64,000 nt of DNA from Hydrolagus colliei. Its lineage: Eukaryota. The stretch spans positions 16,120,001 through 16,184,000 of the forward strand of contig CM068747.1 of NCBI GenBank assembly GCA_035084275.1, written 5' to 3'. Shown one piece after another: positions 1-13,123 of the stretch. The position numbers were made by a program, and so were the translations under genes. Position 1 is the stretch's first letter, and the number at the start of each line of letters is the position of its first letter. A model generated the notes under the pieces. That model did not search any database, had not been told where the DNA came from, and saw only the letters and a list, made by a program, of their open reading frames with translations.

Positions 1-912
1 GCTTGTGTTTCTTAGCTCTCATTCTTGCCTGCTCTATTTGGATCGTTTAATTAACGGATACTTCTTTTTTTAGAAGCAAAGAGTGAGTATGTTCCAAACT
101 GAAAATACAATCAGATTGTTCACAAAATATATCTTGGAGAAAAAGTTACACTGAGCACAAATTGAATAAATATTGTTTATTCAGAAAGTGGTGGTGTTTA
201 ATGGATGTGAATTTCAATCTTCTTTTACCTCTTCTGAATGCAGCAACATATACTGGGTGCAGTCGTCGGGTGTTTGTAACCTGGCTAGAACTATCCTCAC
301 AACCTCCCACCAACCCACTGCCCCTCCACCTAAACAAAATTGGTCATTCTTCATGCAGACAAATTGAAAACTAACACAAATTCATCATAGCTGAACCCAG
401 TCCTATCCTTCACTGAAAATAATAAATAAGCCTCACCTTTGAGAGAACTTATTTTATGTCAGGACGACAGCTCAAAACGTTGTACGGAATTTATTGTAAA
501 ATGAAGTGACTGTTTTTTTTGGCAGATAAACAAATGTGCTTTGCAGCAAAAGTCATTGGATACAAATCAGGTTCAGGACAAGTCATTTGCCTATTGGCAC
601 TGCTGGGAAATGTACCTTCCTTTCCTACTGCTTGAGCTCAGACCAGCTAACTCATCAGCACACGTTATGGAAATCTTCAGAGTATGTGTGCATGCATCTG
701 TTTTGCACTTGACAATGGTTTTAGCAACTCAGCCATCAGGGAAGCTGTTAACTGCTACTAAAATGGTATAAAAATTTCTTAACACATAAATTTGTTCTCA
801 ACCCACTGCCTTGGCATGACATCCTGCAGATTTAGTACTGCGTTTTCTGATAGGTTTGTACTACAGCAAATTCAGCTCTTAAATTCCCTTATATCTTTAG
901 TGCTTGATCGAT

Positions 913-1070
913 TTGGAAGCCGAACTTCTTAAACTGGCAGCTGGTTTTATCAGCAAACCATTGACATGTACAATAAATTTGTTTCAGTTCCCCGGTGTCT
1001 TTCCAACTAAGTGGAAAGCAGCCAGTGTTTATTTCCACTCATAAATCTGATGATAGATATTCTGAATAAC
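913..1070 (+). mobile_element. Old non-LTR retrotransposon RT fragment (CR1/L2 group, Crack/Daphne-like)
   Basis: Translation from 913 gives LEAELLKLAAGFISKPLTCTINLFQFPGVFPTKWKAASV, matching the pre-RT motif LLK.AA..I..PL...N.S...G.FP..WK.A.V; it then decays. Confidence 0.65.
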
Positions 1071-1349
1071 CACATTATTGTTACTGTATTTACATCATAA
1101 AAGATATACAGGATAGTTGGCGGGTTAGAGAAGGTAAACTTAGAAGAATACTTTGAGACTTGCGATAGTGCCACTGATTAAGAAGATCAAGTTTAGCAAA
1201 GGAGATGTAAGAGTCTATCTGAGTTATAACGTTTGCTTGCGCACTAGCAGTTTGTGGTAAATAGGTTAGTTACTGAAGTGAACAGTGTTGCAGGATTCTG
1301 TTGATTCAATTACCTCAATGGAAATCAATCGAGCTTAGTCCCAGGACCC

Positions 1350-1640
1350 CCGGCCCCAGACCCAGACACAGCCACATCCCCGCACCCCCGGCACCAGCTT
1401 CGTGACACACAGCCCTGGCTCCAAGACCAGCCCCACGACCAACGGCTTCGTGAAAAACAGTCCCGGCTTCAAGACCAGCCCCGCGACGCACAGCCCCAGC
1501 TCCAAGACCCACAGCCACGAGATTCACGGCCCTGGTCCCGGCTCCAGCCTCGACGTGGCGACCCATAGCCCGGACACACGCAGCCCCGTCGACCGGACCT
1601 AAAACCCACAACCCCAGCCCCGGTCAGGCTTCAGACCGCA
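1350..1640 (+). repeat. Degenerate tandem units in the L2 5' region (cccggctccaagacc / cacagccc-type)
   Basis: Recurring ggctccaagaccagcccc, ggcttcaagaccagcccc and gctccaagacccacagcc units. Confidence 0.6.
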
Positions 1641-1883
1641 ACGCCTCTGCATCCCCCAGCCGCGGCCTCATATCCCTTGGGATGATGCCGCCCCATTGAC
1701 CCTCGCTCCTGGTCCCCCGCGTGCGCAATATGGCTGCCGCCACGACCCGAGCTTCCCTCCCCCTATTCAAGCTTTTCCCCCCAACCCCCCCTCTCCGTTA
1801 TTTTTTCTCTACCCTTCTTTCTCTTCGCCATCCTCGTTTACTGTCCCTGCTCGACCCTCCCACCGCTTCCCTCTGTTCCAGTA

Positions 1884-2627
1884 TTGGAATCCTCCGTCGG
1901 GCTCACCGTGGCACTCGGCGCTGGCTGTCCAACAGCAGTCACACCAAGTGCCCTGTCCCCCACCATCACCGCCAGCCTCACCGGAAACAAACCCGGGGGG
2001 TCAACCTCTCCTCCCTTATTCAGATCCCCACCCACCCCGCCGACCATCCCAGCCCCCCCCTCACACCCCTCGGCCAACTGCTTTTTCCGCATCGGTCTCC
2101 AAAATGTCCGCTCTGTCTGCAACAAGACCCTGGCCATCAACGATCTCATCCTTGATGAGAACGTTGACATCATGGCCCTGACGGAGACTTGGATCATCCC
2201 AGGCGACACTTTCCCCCTCGTTGAAGCCACACCACCCAACTACACATTCCACCATGCTCCTCGACCCAACCGTCGTGGCGGTGGCGTGGCCCTCATCTCC
2301 AAGACATCCCTCGCCCTATCCCCCTATTCCTCCGGCTCCTTCCCCTCTTTTGAACATCTCACCCTCTCTCACTCCTCCCACAGTTCTTTCAAAATCCTAC
2401 TAGTTTATCGCCCCCCCAAACCCTCCCCCACTTTCATTTCAGACTTTTCTTCACTGTTAGTTTCATTTTGTGCCTCCTCTGATCGCCTTATTATTCTTGG
2501 CGATTTCAACCTCCATTTCACCCCCTCCTGCCCCATTTCCTCTGAATTTTCCTCTTTACTTTCGTCTTTCAACTTCTCCCTTCATATCAACACTGCCACC
2601 CACACGGCCATCCTCTCGATCTGGTGA
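1884..2627 (+). CDS. L2 ORF, APE endonuclease portion (frameshifted segment)
   Basis: Motifs [35 protein letters not shown]. The real start is probably ATG 1730 in another frame, and the frame breaks again at about 2604. Confidence 0.88.
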   Translation: MESSVGLTVALGAGCPTAVTPSALSPTITASLTGNKPGGSTSPPLFRSPPTPPTIPAPPSHPSANCFFRIGLQNVRSVCNKTLAINDLILDENVDIMALTETWIIPGDTFPLVEATPPNYTFHHAPRPNRRGGGVALISKTSLALSPYSSGSFPSFEHLTLSHSSHSSFKILLVYRPPKPSPTFISDFSSLLVSFCASSDRLIILGDFNLHFTPSCPISSEFSSLLSSFNFSLHINTATHTAILSIW

Positions 2628-5035
2628 TCACCCGAGGCCTCAACGTCTCTGGCGTCACCATCACAGACAAGGCCATTTCTGACCATTTTTTCATTTCCTG
2701 CAACACCTCTATCCCTCCCCCCTCCACTTCCAAACCCACCACCATCTTCTACCGGCCCTGGAAGAAGATTCCCCCTCAAACTTTCACCTCTGCCCTAGAA
2801 ACCTCCGACCTCCTCCCACAATGGCATTCTTTTTGTACAGACCCATCCTCCGCCTCCACCGCCCTCCACAACACCCTCTCCACTACCCTCGACACCCTGG
2901 CCCCCCTCACCTCCAAAACCCTCTCCCATTCCCGATCATCACCGTGGTACACATCTCACCTCCGCTCCCTCAAAAGCCAAGTGAGAGCAGTTGAACGCAC
3001 CTGGCTCAAATCTGGCCTCACGGTCCACCGGCAAATCTGGCTGGACCGCATCAAAAATTACCGCTCCGCCCTAGCCACCGCCAAATCAGCCTTCTATTCC
3101 AGGATAATCCTGGAAGCGAAGGACAACCACCGCCTCCTCTTCGCCACCACCAACCAGCTCCTCCGCCCCCCCCCCCCCCCCCCCCCCCCCCGCCTCACCT
3201 CGCAGATCCTCTCCTCAAACGATCGTTGTGAGGAGATGCTGGATTTCCTCGAATCTAAAATCGAGAAAATCCGTTCTGCGGTTTCCTCCCCCCACCACTC
3301 CTCCACCTCAGCGCCCTCATCAGCAACCTCAACCCCTACTCACCCCCCATTTCACACTTTTAACCCCACCACCCCGCTTTCAATCACAAAAACAATCACC
3401 TCCATGAAACCCACCACGTGCTCATTGGACCCCATCCCCACCCCCCTCCTCCGCACCCAGCTCCATTTGTTAGCCCCACTCATTTCTGACACCATTAACC
3501 TTTCCCTCTCCTCAGGAACTGTCCCTACCTCCCTTAAAACAGCCACCATCACCCCAATCCTGAAGAAACCCTCCCTTGATGCGTCGCAACCATCAAGTTA
3601 TAGACCCATCTCCAACCTCCCGTTTCTATCCAAGGTCCTTGAAAGAGTGGTTGCCTCCCAGCTCCGCTCTTTCCTTTCAACTCATTCACTTTTTGAACCC
3701 CTCCAATCAGGTTTTCGCCCTATCCACAGCACAGAAACTGCCCTGGTCAAGGTCACAAATGACATCCTAACCGCCTGTGACCAGGGCTCCCTCTGCCTCC
3801 TCGTCCTCCTTGACCTGTCTGCTGCGTTCGACACAGTCGATCACACCATCCTCCTTCAACGTCTTTCCTCCCACCTCAACCTTCAAGGCACAGTCCTTGA
3901 CTGGTTCCACTCTTATTTGACCCATCGTTTACATTTTGTTTCTTCCAATGGCTTTTCATCAAACCCCCGCACAGTTTCCCATGGCGTCCCTCAAGGCTCT
4001 GTCCTTGGTCCCCTTCTTTTCACCCTTTACACGCTCCCTCTGGGCGACGTCATCCGCAAACATGGGGTAAATTTCCACATGTATGCGGATGACACCCAGT
4101 TGCACCTTTCTGCCTCATCCCTCAACCCCCAGACGATCGATGTTCTGACAGCATGTCTGTCCGACATCGAATCGTGGACGAGGGACAACTTTTTGCAATT
4201 GAACGTGAGTAAGACCGAGGCCCTCCTGATTGGCTCAAGCCAGCGCCTCCGCACATCGGGCGCTGCCAGCCTCAACATCCAAGGCTGCACTCTCCACCTC
4301 ACAAAGCCAATCAGGAACCTCGGCATCATGTTCGATCAAAAACTTTTCTTCCTCCCCCACATCCGCGCCTTGACCGGCACAGCCTATTTCCATCTGCGCA
4401 ACATTGCCAGGCTCCGCAACTATCTCACCCCCCGCGCTGCCGAAACACTCGTGCACGCGTACATCACCTCACGGCTGGACTACGGAAACTCTCTCCTAGT
4501 CGGCCTCCCCAGTTCCTCCATTCATAGGCTGCAGGCCATCCAAAACTCTGCAGCCCGTGTACTATCCCGCACCCGCCTCCGTGATCACATAACCCCCACC
4601 CTCGCCCGTCTCCACTGGCTCCCCATCCTCCAGAGGATCGAATTTAAGATCCTCGTCCTCACCTACAAGGCCTTACACGGCCTTGCCCCATCCTACCTAA
4701 CCGATCTACTCTCCCCCTACACGCCCACCCGGACCCTCCGTTCAACAGGACTTGGCCTGCTCCAAGCCCCCCGCCCGAACCGCCCCACCATCGGAGGCCG
4801 GGCCTTCAGTTTCTCCGCTCCCACCCTATGGAATGCCATCCCTCAATCCCTCCGTTTCGCCTCTTCCCTTTCCTCTTTCAAGGCCGATTTGAAGACTTTC
4901 CTCTTCGATCGTGCCTTTTGTTTCACCCCGAACTCTTTTACCTCCCCTTCGTGTTTCACCCCTTCCCAAACACTCCCCTCCCAGCTGGGGTCACACGCCT
5001 CTTGTTTAGCGCCTTGGGACGTCCTCCCGACGTGA
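2624..5035 (+). CDS. L2 ORF, end of APE plus reverse transcriptase and C-terminal domain
   Basis: 803-codon ORF with [65 protein letters not shown] and LHWLP, all typical of L2. Confidence 0.95.
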   Translation: MITRGLNVSGVTITDKAISDHFFISCNTSIPPPSTSKPTTIFYRPWKKIPPQTFTSALETSDLLPQWHSFCTDPSSASTALHNTLSTTLDTLAPLTSKTLSHSRSSPWYTSHLRSLKSQVRAVERTWLKSGLTVHRQIWLDRIKNYRSALATAKSAFYSRIILEAKDNHRLLFATTNQLLRPPPPPPPPRLTSQILSSNDRCEEMLDFLESKIEKIRSAVSSPHHSSTSAPSSATSTPTHPPFHTFNPTTPLSITKTITSMKPTTCSLDPIPTPLLRTQLHLLAPLISDTINLSLSSGTVPTSLKTATITPILKKPSLDASQPSSYRPISNLPFLSKVLERVVASQLRSFLSTHSLFEPLQSGFRPIHSTETALVKVTNDILTACDQGSLCLLVLLDLSAAFDTVDHTILLQRLSSHLNLQGTVLDWFHSYLTHRLHFVSSNGFSSNPRTVSHGVPQGSVLGPLLFTLYTLPLGDVIRKHGVNFHMYADDTQLHLSASSLNPQTIDVLTACLSDIESWTRDNFLQLNVSKTEALLIGSSQRLRTSGAASLNIQGCTLHLTKPIRNLGIMFDQKLFFLPHIRALTGTAYFHLRNIARLRNYLTPRAAETLVHAYITSRLDYGNSLLVGLPSSSIHRLQAIQNSAARVLSRTRLRDHITPTLARLHWLPILQRIEFKILVLTYKALHGLAPSYLTDLLSPYTPTRTLRSTGLGLLQAPRPNRPTIGGRAFSFSAPTLWNAIPQSLRFASSLSSFKADLKTFLFDRAFCFTPNSFTSPSCFTPSQTLPSQLGSHASCLAPWDVLPT

Positions 5036-5234
5036 AAGGCGCTATATAAATGTAAATTGTTGTTGTTGTTATAGTAGCAACAAAATAATGAGAGTGGATT
5101 TTGCATCTCAAAGGGATAGATAAAAGGGATAGATTCGCTGGGAAGCCTCAGTTAATCAGTTTGGTCTCCTGAAGTGAAGATAGCATTCAGCAGTTAAAAG
5201 TTCAGAAGGTACAACATCAAATGGACACTGCAAT

Positions 5235-5446
5235 TTAATAATAATTATAATAATCGTTGAACTTGATATAGCGCTTTTCACATCTTATCAATGTCTCAAA
5301 GCGCTTCACAGAATATACTGTAAAGTGAATTGACTGTATATTCGTAGGCAACGTGCGGCAGCCATTTCCATACAGCAGTGTCCCACAAACAGTTGTGGGT
5401 TGAAATGACCAATTTTTATTATTTTTTTGGGGGGATGGATTATAAT
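5235..5446 (-). mobile_element. tRNA-SINE family, 3' half
   Basis: Reverse complement carries TGTGGGACACTGCTG...AATTCACTTTACAGTATATTCTGTGAAGCGCTTTGAGAC and a (TTA)n tail shared with full copies. Confidence 0.85.
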
Positions 5447-6061
5447 GTGTCAACCAGTTCCAAAGGAAGACATTATTGACAGTATACCAAACATAAGCCA
5501 TAGAATTGTTTATTTTGCTTTCTGACTTTCTAATTAACTTCTATGCAGCCTAATAACTTTAATGAAACAAATGGGGAATAAAAGACTGTTGCAAGCTAAA
5601 ATGGCTCAGCAAATGAACCAGTGAGCCATTATTTGGCACCATAGATCAGTATGCCTCATTACTATAAAATTAGATATGTATCCAGATATCAGAGCAGTAT
5701 ATTACATACTGATAGTTTGCACAGTGTTCCTCATTAGTTGTAGTAAAACAAAAATTATTAGTGAAAGCTATCTTTCAATCTTAGAATTTTTTTGCACCTT
5801 GTGTGAACAAACCTCATATTTTTTATCTAATTTATTTGAAAAGAAGATTAGAATCTTATTTCCAGAATGGTAAATAAGTAATTAGATATTGCAATGTTTA
5901 GAACTCCTGCTTATTTTTCTAGATAACATTTCATAAATTGTATTAATTATGTAAAAGCACTTTAATTTTTCAGACAAGAAGGTAATGTAATAAACGTTTA
6001 TTCATATAGGCAAATTTTGGTTTGTTTGCAAAACATTTCAAACAAACAAAGCATATCTTTG

Positions 6062-7700
6062 AAACAAAAACAGAAATCATTGGGAACACTCATGCAGCAT
6101 CTATGAAGAAAGGAAAAGTGAGTCAATGTTTTGGGTTCACGACCCTTCATCAGAACTGGGACATGTTGGGAGTGAGAGGCTTGTAAGGATTATGGGGTAA
6201 ATAGCAGGAGATTATAGGTTAAAGAGATGTTAATGTTGTGAAACAAAAGGGGGAGTTGGAACAAAACTGGAGAGAAGAGGTGTTAATAACGTTAAAATAA
6301 AATGGGGTACAATTGCCAAAGAACAGGCAGATCAGATGGTTCCAAAAAGAGGAGAAAAGTGAGCTGTTATGGTCTGAAATTATGAAAATCAATATTAAGG
6401 CCAGAGGCCTGTAACGTCCATAGCAGATGGATAAGGTGCTGCTCCTCGAGCTTGTGCTGCAGTTCATTGGAACAGAGTAGGAGACCTTGAATGGAGAGAT
6501 CAGAGTGAAAGTGGGAAGGAGAGTTGAAATGGCAAGAAACCAGTAGGTTAGGGTTCTATTAAAACAACAACAACTTCGATTTATATAGTGCCCTCCACGC
6601 CAGACGGCGTCTCAGAGCTCTATTAGTGGACAGAACGGTGCTGTTCAGCAAATCGGTTACCCAATCTACGTTTGACCTCCTCAATGTCGAGGAGACCACA
6701 TCGTGAGCAGCGGATGCAATATGCTAGTTAGTGATAGTACGTGTAAATCGCTGTCTCACATAAAAACTGGCTTGGGGCCTTGGATAGTGGTCTGGGAAGA
6801 GGTGAAAGGGCAGGTATTGCACCTCATGCATTGGCATGGGAAGGTGCCGGGGGAAGGGTAGCGACTGTTGGTATTGATGGAGGAATGAACCAGGGAGTCA
6901 CGAGGGAACGGTCTCTTTGGAATGCTGAGAGGGGAGGGGAGGGAAATAGATGCAGCCCCAACACAGTCATCAATGTACCTGAGGAACAGGTCAAGGAGCG
7001 GATCTGAATAGGCCTGAAACAAAGAGTGTTCCAGGTGGCCAACAAACAGGCAGGCATAGCTGGGACACATGCGGGTTCCCGTAGCAATACTTTTTATTTG
7101 GAGGAAGTGGTTGAAGTTGAAGGTGAAGTTGTGCAATGTCAGAGCAAGTTCAGCCAGGCAGAGGAGGGTAGTGGTGGATGGAGATTGGCTGTGCCGCTGT
7201 TCCAGGTGGGGAAATGGAGGTGTATAGAGACTGAACGTCCATTGTGAATAGGTAGTGTTCAGAACCACGGAACCGAAAATTGTTGAAGTGGCGGAGGGCG
7301 TCAAAAGAGTCACGGATATAGGTGGGTAAGGTATGGACAAGAGGAGCAAGAATGGAGTCCAGATATGGAGATCAGTTCAGTGGGTGGGAACTGGTTGAGA
7401 TAATAGGTCTCCGAGGACATTCCTGTTTGTTGATCTTGGGGAGGCGGTACGGGCAAGCAGTGCAGGGCTGGTGGACTATGAGGTTGGAGGCTGTGGGAGG
7501 AAGCTCGCCAGAGGAGATGAGGTTTTTGACTGTGCGGGTGATGATGGCTTGGTGTTGAAATGTGGGGTCATGGTTCAGGGGAAGGTAGGAGGAGTTGTCG
7601 GAGAATTGGCATTCAACCTTTGCCAGGTAGAGGCCCTTATGCCAAAATACGTCAGTGCCACCCTTGTCGGCAGGTTTGATAACGATGTTGGGATTGGTCC
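6062..7700 (-). mobile_element. Decayed Penelope-like element (RT + GIY-YIG + pLTR)
   Basis: Minus strand: HNFTFN..FLQ..IATGTRMCPSYACLFVG..LRYIDD (PLE RT); YCIRCSRCGLLDIEEVKRRLGNRFAE (GIY-YIG); KLEEQHLI..LQASGLNIDF; terminal repeat at 6062-6160 with a hammerhead-like CTGATGAAGGGTCGTGAACCCAAAACATTGAC. Confidence 0.9.
6562..6621 (-). mobile_element. Minimal L2-type 3' tail insertion (second tail family) inside the Penelope element
   Basis: Reverse complement of AGAGCTCTGAGACGCCGTCTGGCGTGGAGGGCACTATATAAATCGAAG(TTG)n, flanked by direct repeat TCTATTA. Confidence 0.8.
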
Positions 7701-8130
7701 CGAGGGAGTTATAATGAACACAACATCAAACACAAGAAGGGAAACTGATAGTAGAGAAGGCGAGTAGGGTAAAAGTGCAGATTGAAAGTCACTTCAAAGA
7801 GAAGAGCAGAACTTCAAGGTAGGCATTGCTAGAAGAGAAGTGGCAGTGAATTAAACATAAACAAAAACATAAGATACTGCAGATGCTGGAATTCTCTTTC
7901 TTTGGGTCAGCCAAAATGTTAAGATTGATATTTGAAAATTTATAAATTAGAATTAGTGCTGCTGTTTCATTGAATTTTGATGGCCAGCTATTGAATTTGA
8001 CAGATTATTTCTGAATAATATATTTTCTAAATATTATTCGCTGAAGTCAATATATGTAGCTTTGTTCACCAGGGAGATTGCCGTGCCAGGCTGTTCCTTT
8101 GATGAACAATTCAGTTGAAAGTTATTGTAG

Positions 8131-8535
8131 TAATAATCCTTGTGTTTGATACAGTTGGTACTTTATCACATCGTTAAAATTTCTCAAAGTGTTCCAAGGA
8201 TTTTGCCGTTTGACTGTGTATTTTCAGGCAAACACAATTGCCCAATGTGTGCACAACAATGTCCCACAAAGCACACCAATTAAATTTACCTTGGAGATTG
8301 TTGGCCAGGATACTGAGAGAAACTCCTTCTCCATTCGAATAGCACCAGAGTATCTTAACCTCTCACCTGAATGGGCAGATGGGACCTTAATTTAGTGTCT
8401 CATTTGAAGAAAGACAACAGGATCTCAGACAATGCATCACTCCACCAGCACTGCAATGGAGTGTGAACCTAAACTTAGAGCTCAAAGTCCTGACCCAGGG
8501 CTTGAACCGATAATCGTCCAGATTGGAGGTGACGG
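8131..8535 (-). mobile_element. DeuSINE (SacSINE1/AmnSINE1-like Deu domain) with L2-type tail
   Basis: Reverse complement CTCCATTGCAGTGCTGGTGGAGTGATGCATTGTCTGAGA...ATGAGACACTAAATTAAGGTCCCATCTGCCC..CAGGTG...TATTCGAA...GGAGTTTCTC..GTATCCTGGCCAA resembles the Deu domain as I recall it; B-box-like GGTTCAAGCCC in the head. Confidence 0.75.
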
Positions 8536-9257
8536 CATAAGAGAGTAGTCACCTACTATTGAATTATATTGCTGAATTACGTGCAATTTGGGAATAGAAT
8601 AGACAGTTCAGTGGAGGAAGTCAAGCTGGGGTTGACAATGAATTCAGCATGCTCTCACACTGCTAAAAGCTTTGTAATTTTATGAAGATTAGCCTAGAAA
8701 TTGTGTGAATTATTGGAATTACAATTAAACAATTCTTAATTGTTCATTATTGAAATTGCTGCAATCAGTGATGATGATTTAGAATTGATCTATCCATAGG
8801 TTACAACTCACGGATAATAAATATTTCCATTAGATGCAGACAAGCTCACAAACTGTTGTGAAAACAGATTGAAGAAATGCTGTTTGTTTCCTACCCTAAT
8901 TCATGGGATTGTTGTGAAGGGAAAAGGACAGTAGGAAGATTGAGAATGAGGAATGTTCTTTACAGAATTTATGTTGCATTGGAGAATAACAAAACTCGCT
9001 TTGTTAACCAGGAAAATTGAAACTAAACATATAAAACTGTTGCACGAGAAGAGAACCCATTGGATTTATTGTTATTCAATCAATAAGAATTAATAATGCA
9101 TTGCAAACTTCATAATTGTCAACCTGTGAATTGTTTTTAACAAAAAACTGCAAAAGATATATGTATTCTCTTCAGAATTATTGCTAGTGTGTGAAAAGAA
9201 TAATCCCCAAGCTCCTGGAGCACTGTGACTGTAAATTCTTGTAGATCAGGCATAATT

Positions 9258-9345
9258 GGAGTCCTGCAGCTCAAATATCTCGCCTTGTAAGTGAGAGACC
9301 TGGGTTTGATTCCCAGCAGGGCGAAACCTTGGTCAAGTTTCCCTA
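9258..9345 (+). mobile_element. tRNA-SINE head fragment
   Basis: GGAGTCCTGCAGCTCA...GAGACCTGGGTTTGATTCCC..GGGCGAAACCTTGGTCAAGTTTCC. Confidence 0.8.
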
Positions 9346-10029
9346 CAAATTGACTGCAGCATTTGCCAAACAATGCAAAGTTGCTACAGTTGAAAGCAAT
9401 TATCCGTAAAGCACTTTCGGACCTTATTATTATTATTATTGATGTTGCAGGCACTACTTCAAATGGACAAATGAGCACTATTATCAAATCTGAGGAGGAG
9501 AATGATGATAAGAGATACAAGAGCCAGAGATATTGACTATACACATCTCTAACACTCATCTGGAGGTCCTCTCCTGAATCCAGGACTCCAGCACTTATTG
9601 CAGTGGTCCTATTGCTGCCCTCATTGAGAATAGTGTGGATATGTATGTATGTGTTACAGACACACACATACGATTCTGGATAGATGTCTGCCTCGATGGA
9701 CTGAATGGCCTATAAATACATTGCAATTTCTGTGAATTTTTGATTGGCTATCTCAACAGAAAAATTATTATGCTTTGGACTTTCTTCAGTTGTTTAAGCT
9801 ATAAATGATTTCCTTCTGTTACAACAACAACAAAATTACACTTGTGTAGTGCCTTTCAAGTCAGGAGGACATCCAATAGCAATGGTTTCTGCTTGGTATC
9901 AATTTCACACTAATATTTATATTCCACTGTATCGGCAAACAAAATATTTAACCTCTGGCTTTAGTTGAGGCCATTTTTTTGTCCTTGTATCCTCCGATCA
10001 AAGTTAAAAAGAAACATCCTGCATACTCA

Positions 10030-10260
10030 TACATTATCCACCTCAGCAGTTTAAAGTCCTGACTCATGTTACTTCTCAATCTTCATTTCTCCAGTTAAAA
10101 CAAGCTCAATTCTGGACATGTCTTCCTAAGTAATAACTTCATGTTGTGTAATCTTCCTTGTCACTCTTCCTTGAAATCTTGCCAATACATCAATTCCCTT
10201 TTGAGGGTACAGTGTCCAAAACTAGATGAAAATATTCCAAATGTGGCTTTTTCTGAAAGC
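10030..10260 (-). mobile_element. Degenerate CR1 3' fragment
   Basis: Reverse complement resembles the CR1 C-terminal RPHLEYC.QFW.P..KKDI..LE region, heavily decayed. Confidence 0.5.
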
Positions 10261-11759
10261 TACATAGGATTGACTAATAGCAAATGTCTTCAAGATGAAT
10301 TTCATTGCTCAACTGGATTTACTCCGAGACTGAATAGTTCAAACAAATGGAGAATAATTTTACCTCAACCCATTCTTTTACCTCTTCTACTAACAAACAC
10401 CCATGATTTATGCTTCCTATATCAATAAACTTAACCTCTATATTTTCTTATTGAAATACATGTGTTATTCATCACACGATTAATAACAACAGACAAAATA
10501 CTTGAAATAATAATTATAATAATAATAGTTATTTGTTAGGGTCAGCAATATGAAATCTATTGAGTAAATTAATATACCAACACAGGGCTGCCAGGTGCAT
10601 TCTAGATGCATATTAATCAAATAGTTTTTTCAAGAGATGGAAAATTAAGTTTGAGACTGCCTTTGTGTGAGCCAGAAATCTTTTTTGTGATGGTAGTTAT
10701 CAGGATTTCTTCCCGTAGAAAGTTTATAACCCAAATTATTGTAGTTCCAAGGTTTCATGAAAAGAAACCTTTACAGAGGAGCTCTAGTTTTCAATAAATA
10801 GATAGCTATTGGTAGAACTCTGATTTATATCTGGTCAACAAATGGGCTTGCATTTTATAACTGAAACTGGCAGTATTTACGTTGTATATTGATAGTATGC
10901 CTTGCTCAAGGAGTTCTGATTTATTGTCAAAATGATAGAAGATCAAATTACATTTTGTTAAGTGATGTATTCAAACTTCTTAGGAAGGTGGTTTTGATTT
11001 GGGATTGATGCCATCGGTTGTTGCATTAATCCAATTTCACTTCAGCCAATTCCACAAACATTTCAACTTACTCTTAAGAGAAGTCAATTGATAAACTGTA
11101 ATATTTTTCATGTAATTGGAGAGACAGTTGCAGTTATGTCTCGTTAATGACATGAAAAATTAACCAGCGATTGGCAATGTTTAACAGAGTTCTTTATGTA
11201 TATTTACATTAGTGTTGGTCAATACATTAGCCACAAGTCATGTACGGTGAATTAGCAATCAAGATGCAGCTAAATTGCATTTTTGATGAGTAAAAAAAAA
11301 TAGACACCATCATTGGGCATTGTAAGAATAGGTTTAAAATCATTATTAAAATTATTGTTTGATACCCCAAAGTGAATGCAAAATAACTGGGACAATCTTG
11401 TTTGATCTGTGAGAGAAAGAATTTGAACCAAATGGAGTCTATATTTTCGAGCTCTGTGATATGTTTGATGAAAACTTGATGGATAGGTGTTATTCCTTTC
11501 CTTATTTGGAAGAATGGTGTCTAACAGTCTATCTCAAGTAAATGAAATGGACATTGTGTTGATACAAGAGACTTTACAATCAACTAAGAAGACCCAGAAG
11601 TCAACATTCACAAAATCAGAAATGTGTCGTTTCAAATTAACCTGACATTGTCCTGATTGATCAGAACTCTTGGTGTTTTGTAGTCTGCTTTGGACAAGAT
11701 CTTGAAAGGATTTTACAATGTGAAGGTATCAAGGAAGGACAATTAACTGAAAAATTTAT

Positions 11760-12075
11760 GGAGCCCTGTACTTCAGTGGTTAGAGCACTTTCCTCACAAG
11801 CGAGAAACCTGGATTCAATTCCAAGCAGGGCAAAACCTTGTGGAAGTTTCCTTACTCCACACACCCGATAATAATCCCTCAAGCAAAAAGAAACAATAAT
11901 AAATTAGTCACTTAATCCATGACTGTTTGTGGGACACTGCTGTGTGCAATTGTGCGCAATTGGCTACAGCATTTCGCTCACAAATATACCAATTCACTTT
12001 ACAGTATATTTTGTGAAGCACTTTGGGACAACTAGAAGACATGAAAAACACTATATTAAATCAAGGATTATTATT
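11760..12075 (+). mobile_element. tRNA-SINE, full length (short subfamily)
   Basis: A box CAGTGGTTAGAGC, B box GGATTCAATTCC, central TGTGGGACACTGCTGTG, tail AAGGA(TTA)n. Confidence 0.9.
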
Positions 12076-13123
12076 AAGGGGACCTGATATCAGGGGAACT
12101 CACAAATTCCTGAGATCAAAACCTTGATAAGCTTGGGGTCTCCCATGTGTGGAAAGATGATAAAACAATCAAACTGTGAACTTTGATTGAGTAGAATGGC
12201 CCCTGGCTACACATTCTTATTTCATTATCTGTCTGAACTTTGGAGTGAAAAAGAACCAAACAAATGTTTAGAGGTTGGATACCGTTGGGACATGGTGGAC
12301 ATTGTTGGACACAGTTAAACACTGAGATACTGCATCCCACGGGCCGTGTGGGTTCGCAGTTAAACAATTAGCCAAATAATTATTGGTGTGTTGGTGTCTC
12401 CAGGGAAGGTTGAGATCAGCCTGTCCTGAATCATTTTCTGTGGTTGTAAGCATGAAACTTGCAACTGTCCAATAACTGTATTTTATTAACTGTCTTTCCC
12501 CAGGGTTGTACCACATAAAAACCCTACAACATGTAATCTAAATATTCATACTTGCATGGTGTACACATTTATACTTTGACTCTTTCATGAGTTAGTTGAT
12601 AAAAGGGAAAGATGAAAACCAGATTGTGCAAGTGTTTTTTGATCATTCTGTGTGGTTTATTTCCTTGGTTACTGTTTATCGTTTACTTGCTGAAATGCAT
12701 GAGAAGCCTTTTAGATTTATCTTGCTATGAGAGAGATACAACATTAAAATATACATCATGCTTCCTTCAGGTGCATTTTCTGGTGACATTACTGGATGTA
12801 CCTGAGATATGCGGAAAACACGATTCAATTTCTAAACAGTTCTACAAATACTTCTGAAACTTTGTTATGTAAACCTGATAATTGTGGTGACACTAACTGC
12901 CCACTTAAATGTGCATTATTCTGCTGGCTTGTAAAAGCCACAATCTTGTTATCTGGCGTGAAAACATAATCTACATTCCATTTTTTCCAAAGGTTACATG
13001 TTTAAATGAATTAATTTGTACAGCTTTCCAGTTTGAATTCTGCAACATAATTTTAGCAATTGTTGGGGATAGTCTTTGACACTGGGACATAGCTAGTCAT
13101 GTTTGCTATATTATGTCTTGCAA

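Larger units (their letters stand above)
1330..5070 (+). mobile_element. Near full-length young L2 (LINE-2) retrotransposon
   Basis: C-rich and CpG-retaining; 5' region with short tandem units; APE and RT domains; 3' stem-loop GCGCCTT-GGGACGTCCTCCCGACGTGA-AAGGCGC (5009-5042) then TATATAAATGTAAA(TTG)n. The 5' boundary is approximate and no clear TSD is seen. Confidence 0.95.

Noticed and set aside
1315-1640. Short ORFs in the L2 5' repeats as ORF1, or the repeats as a CRISPR-like array
   Set aside because: Low-complexity tandem units without unique spacers or ORF1 domains; eukaryotic context.
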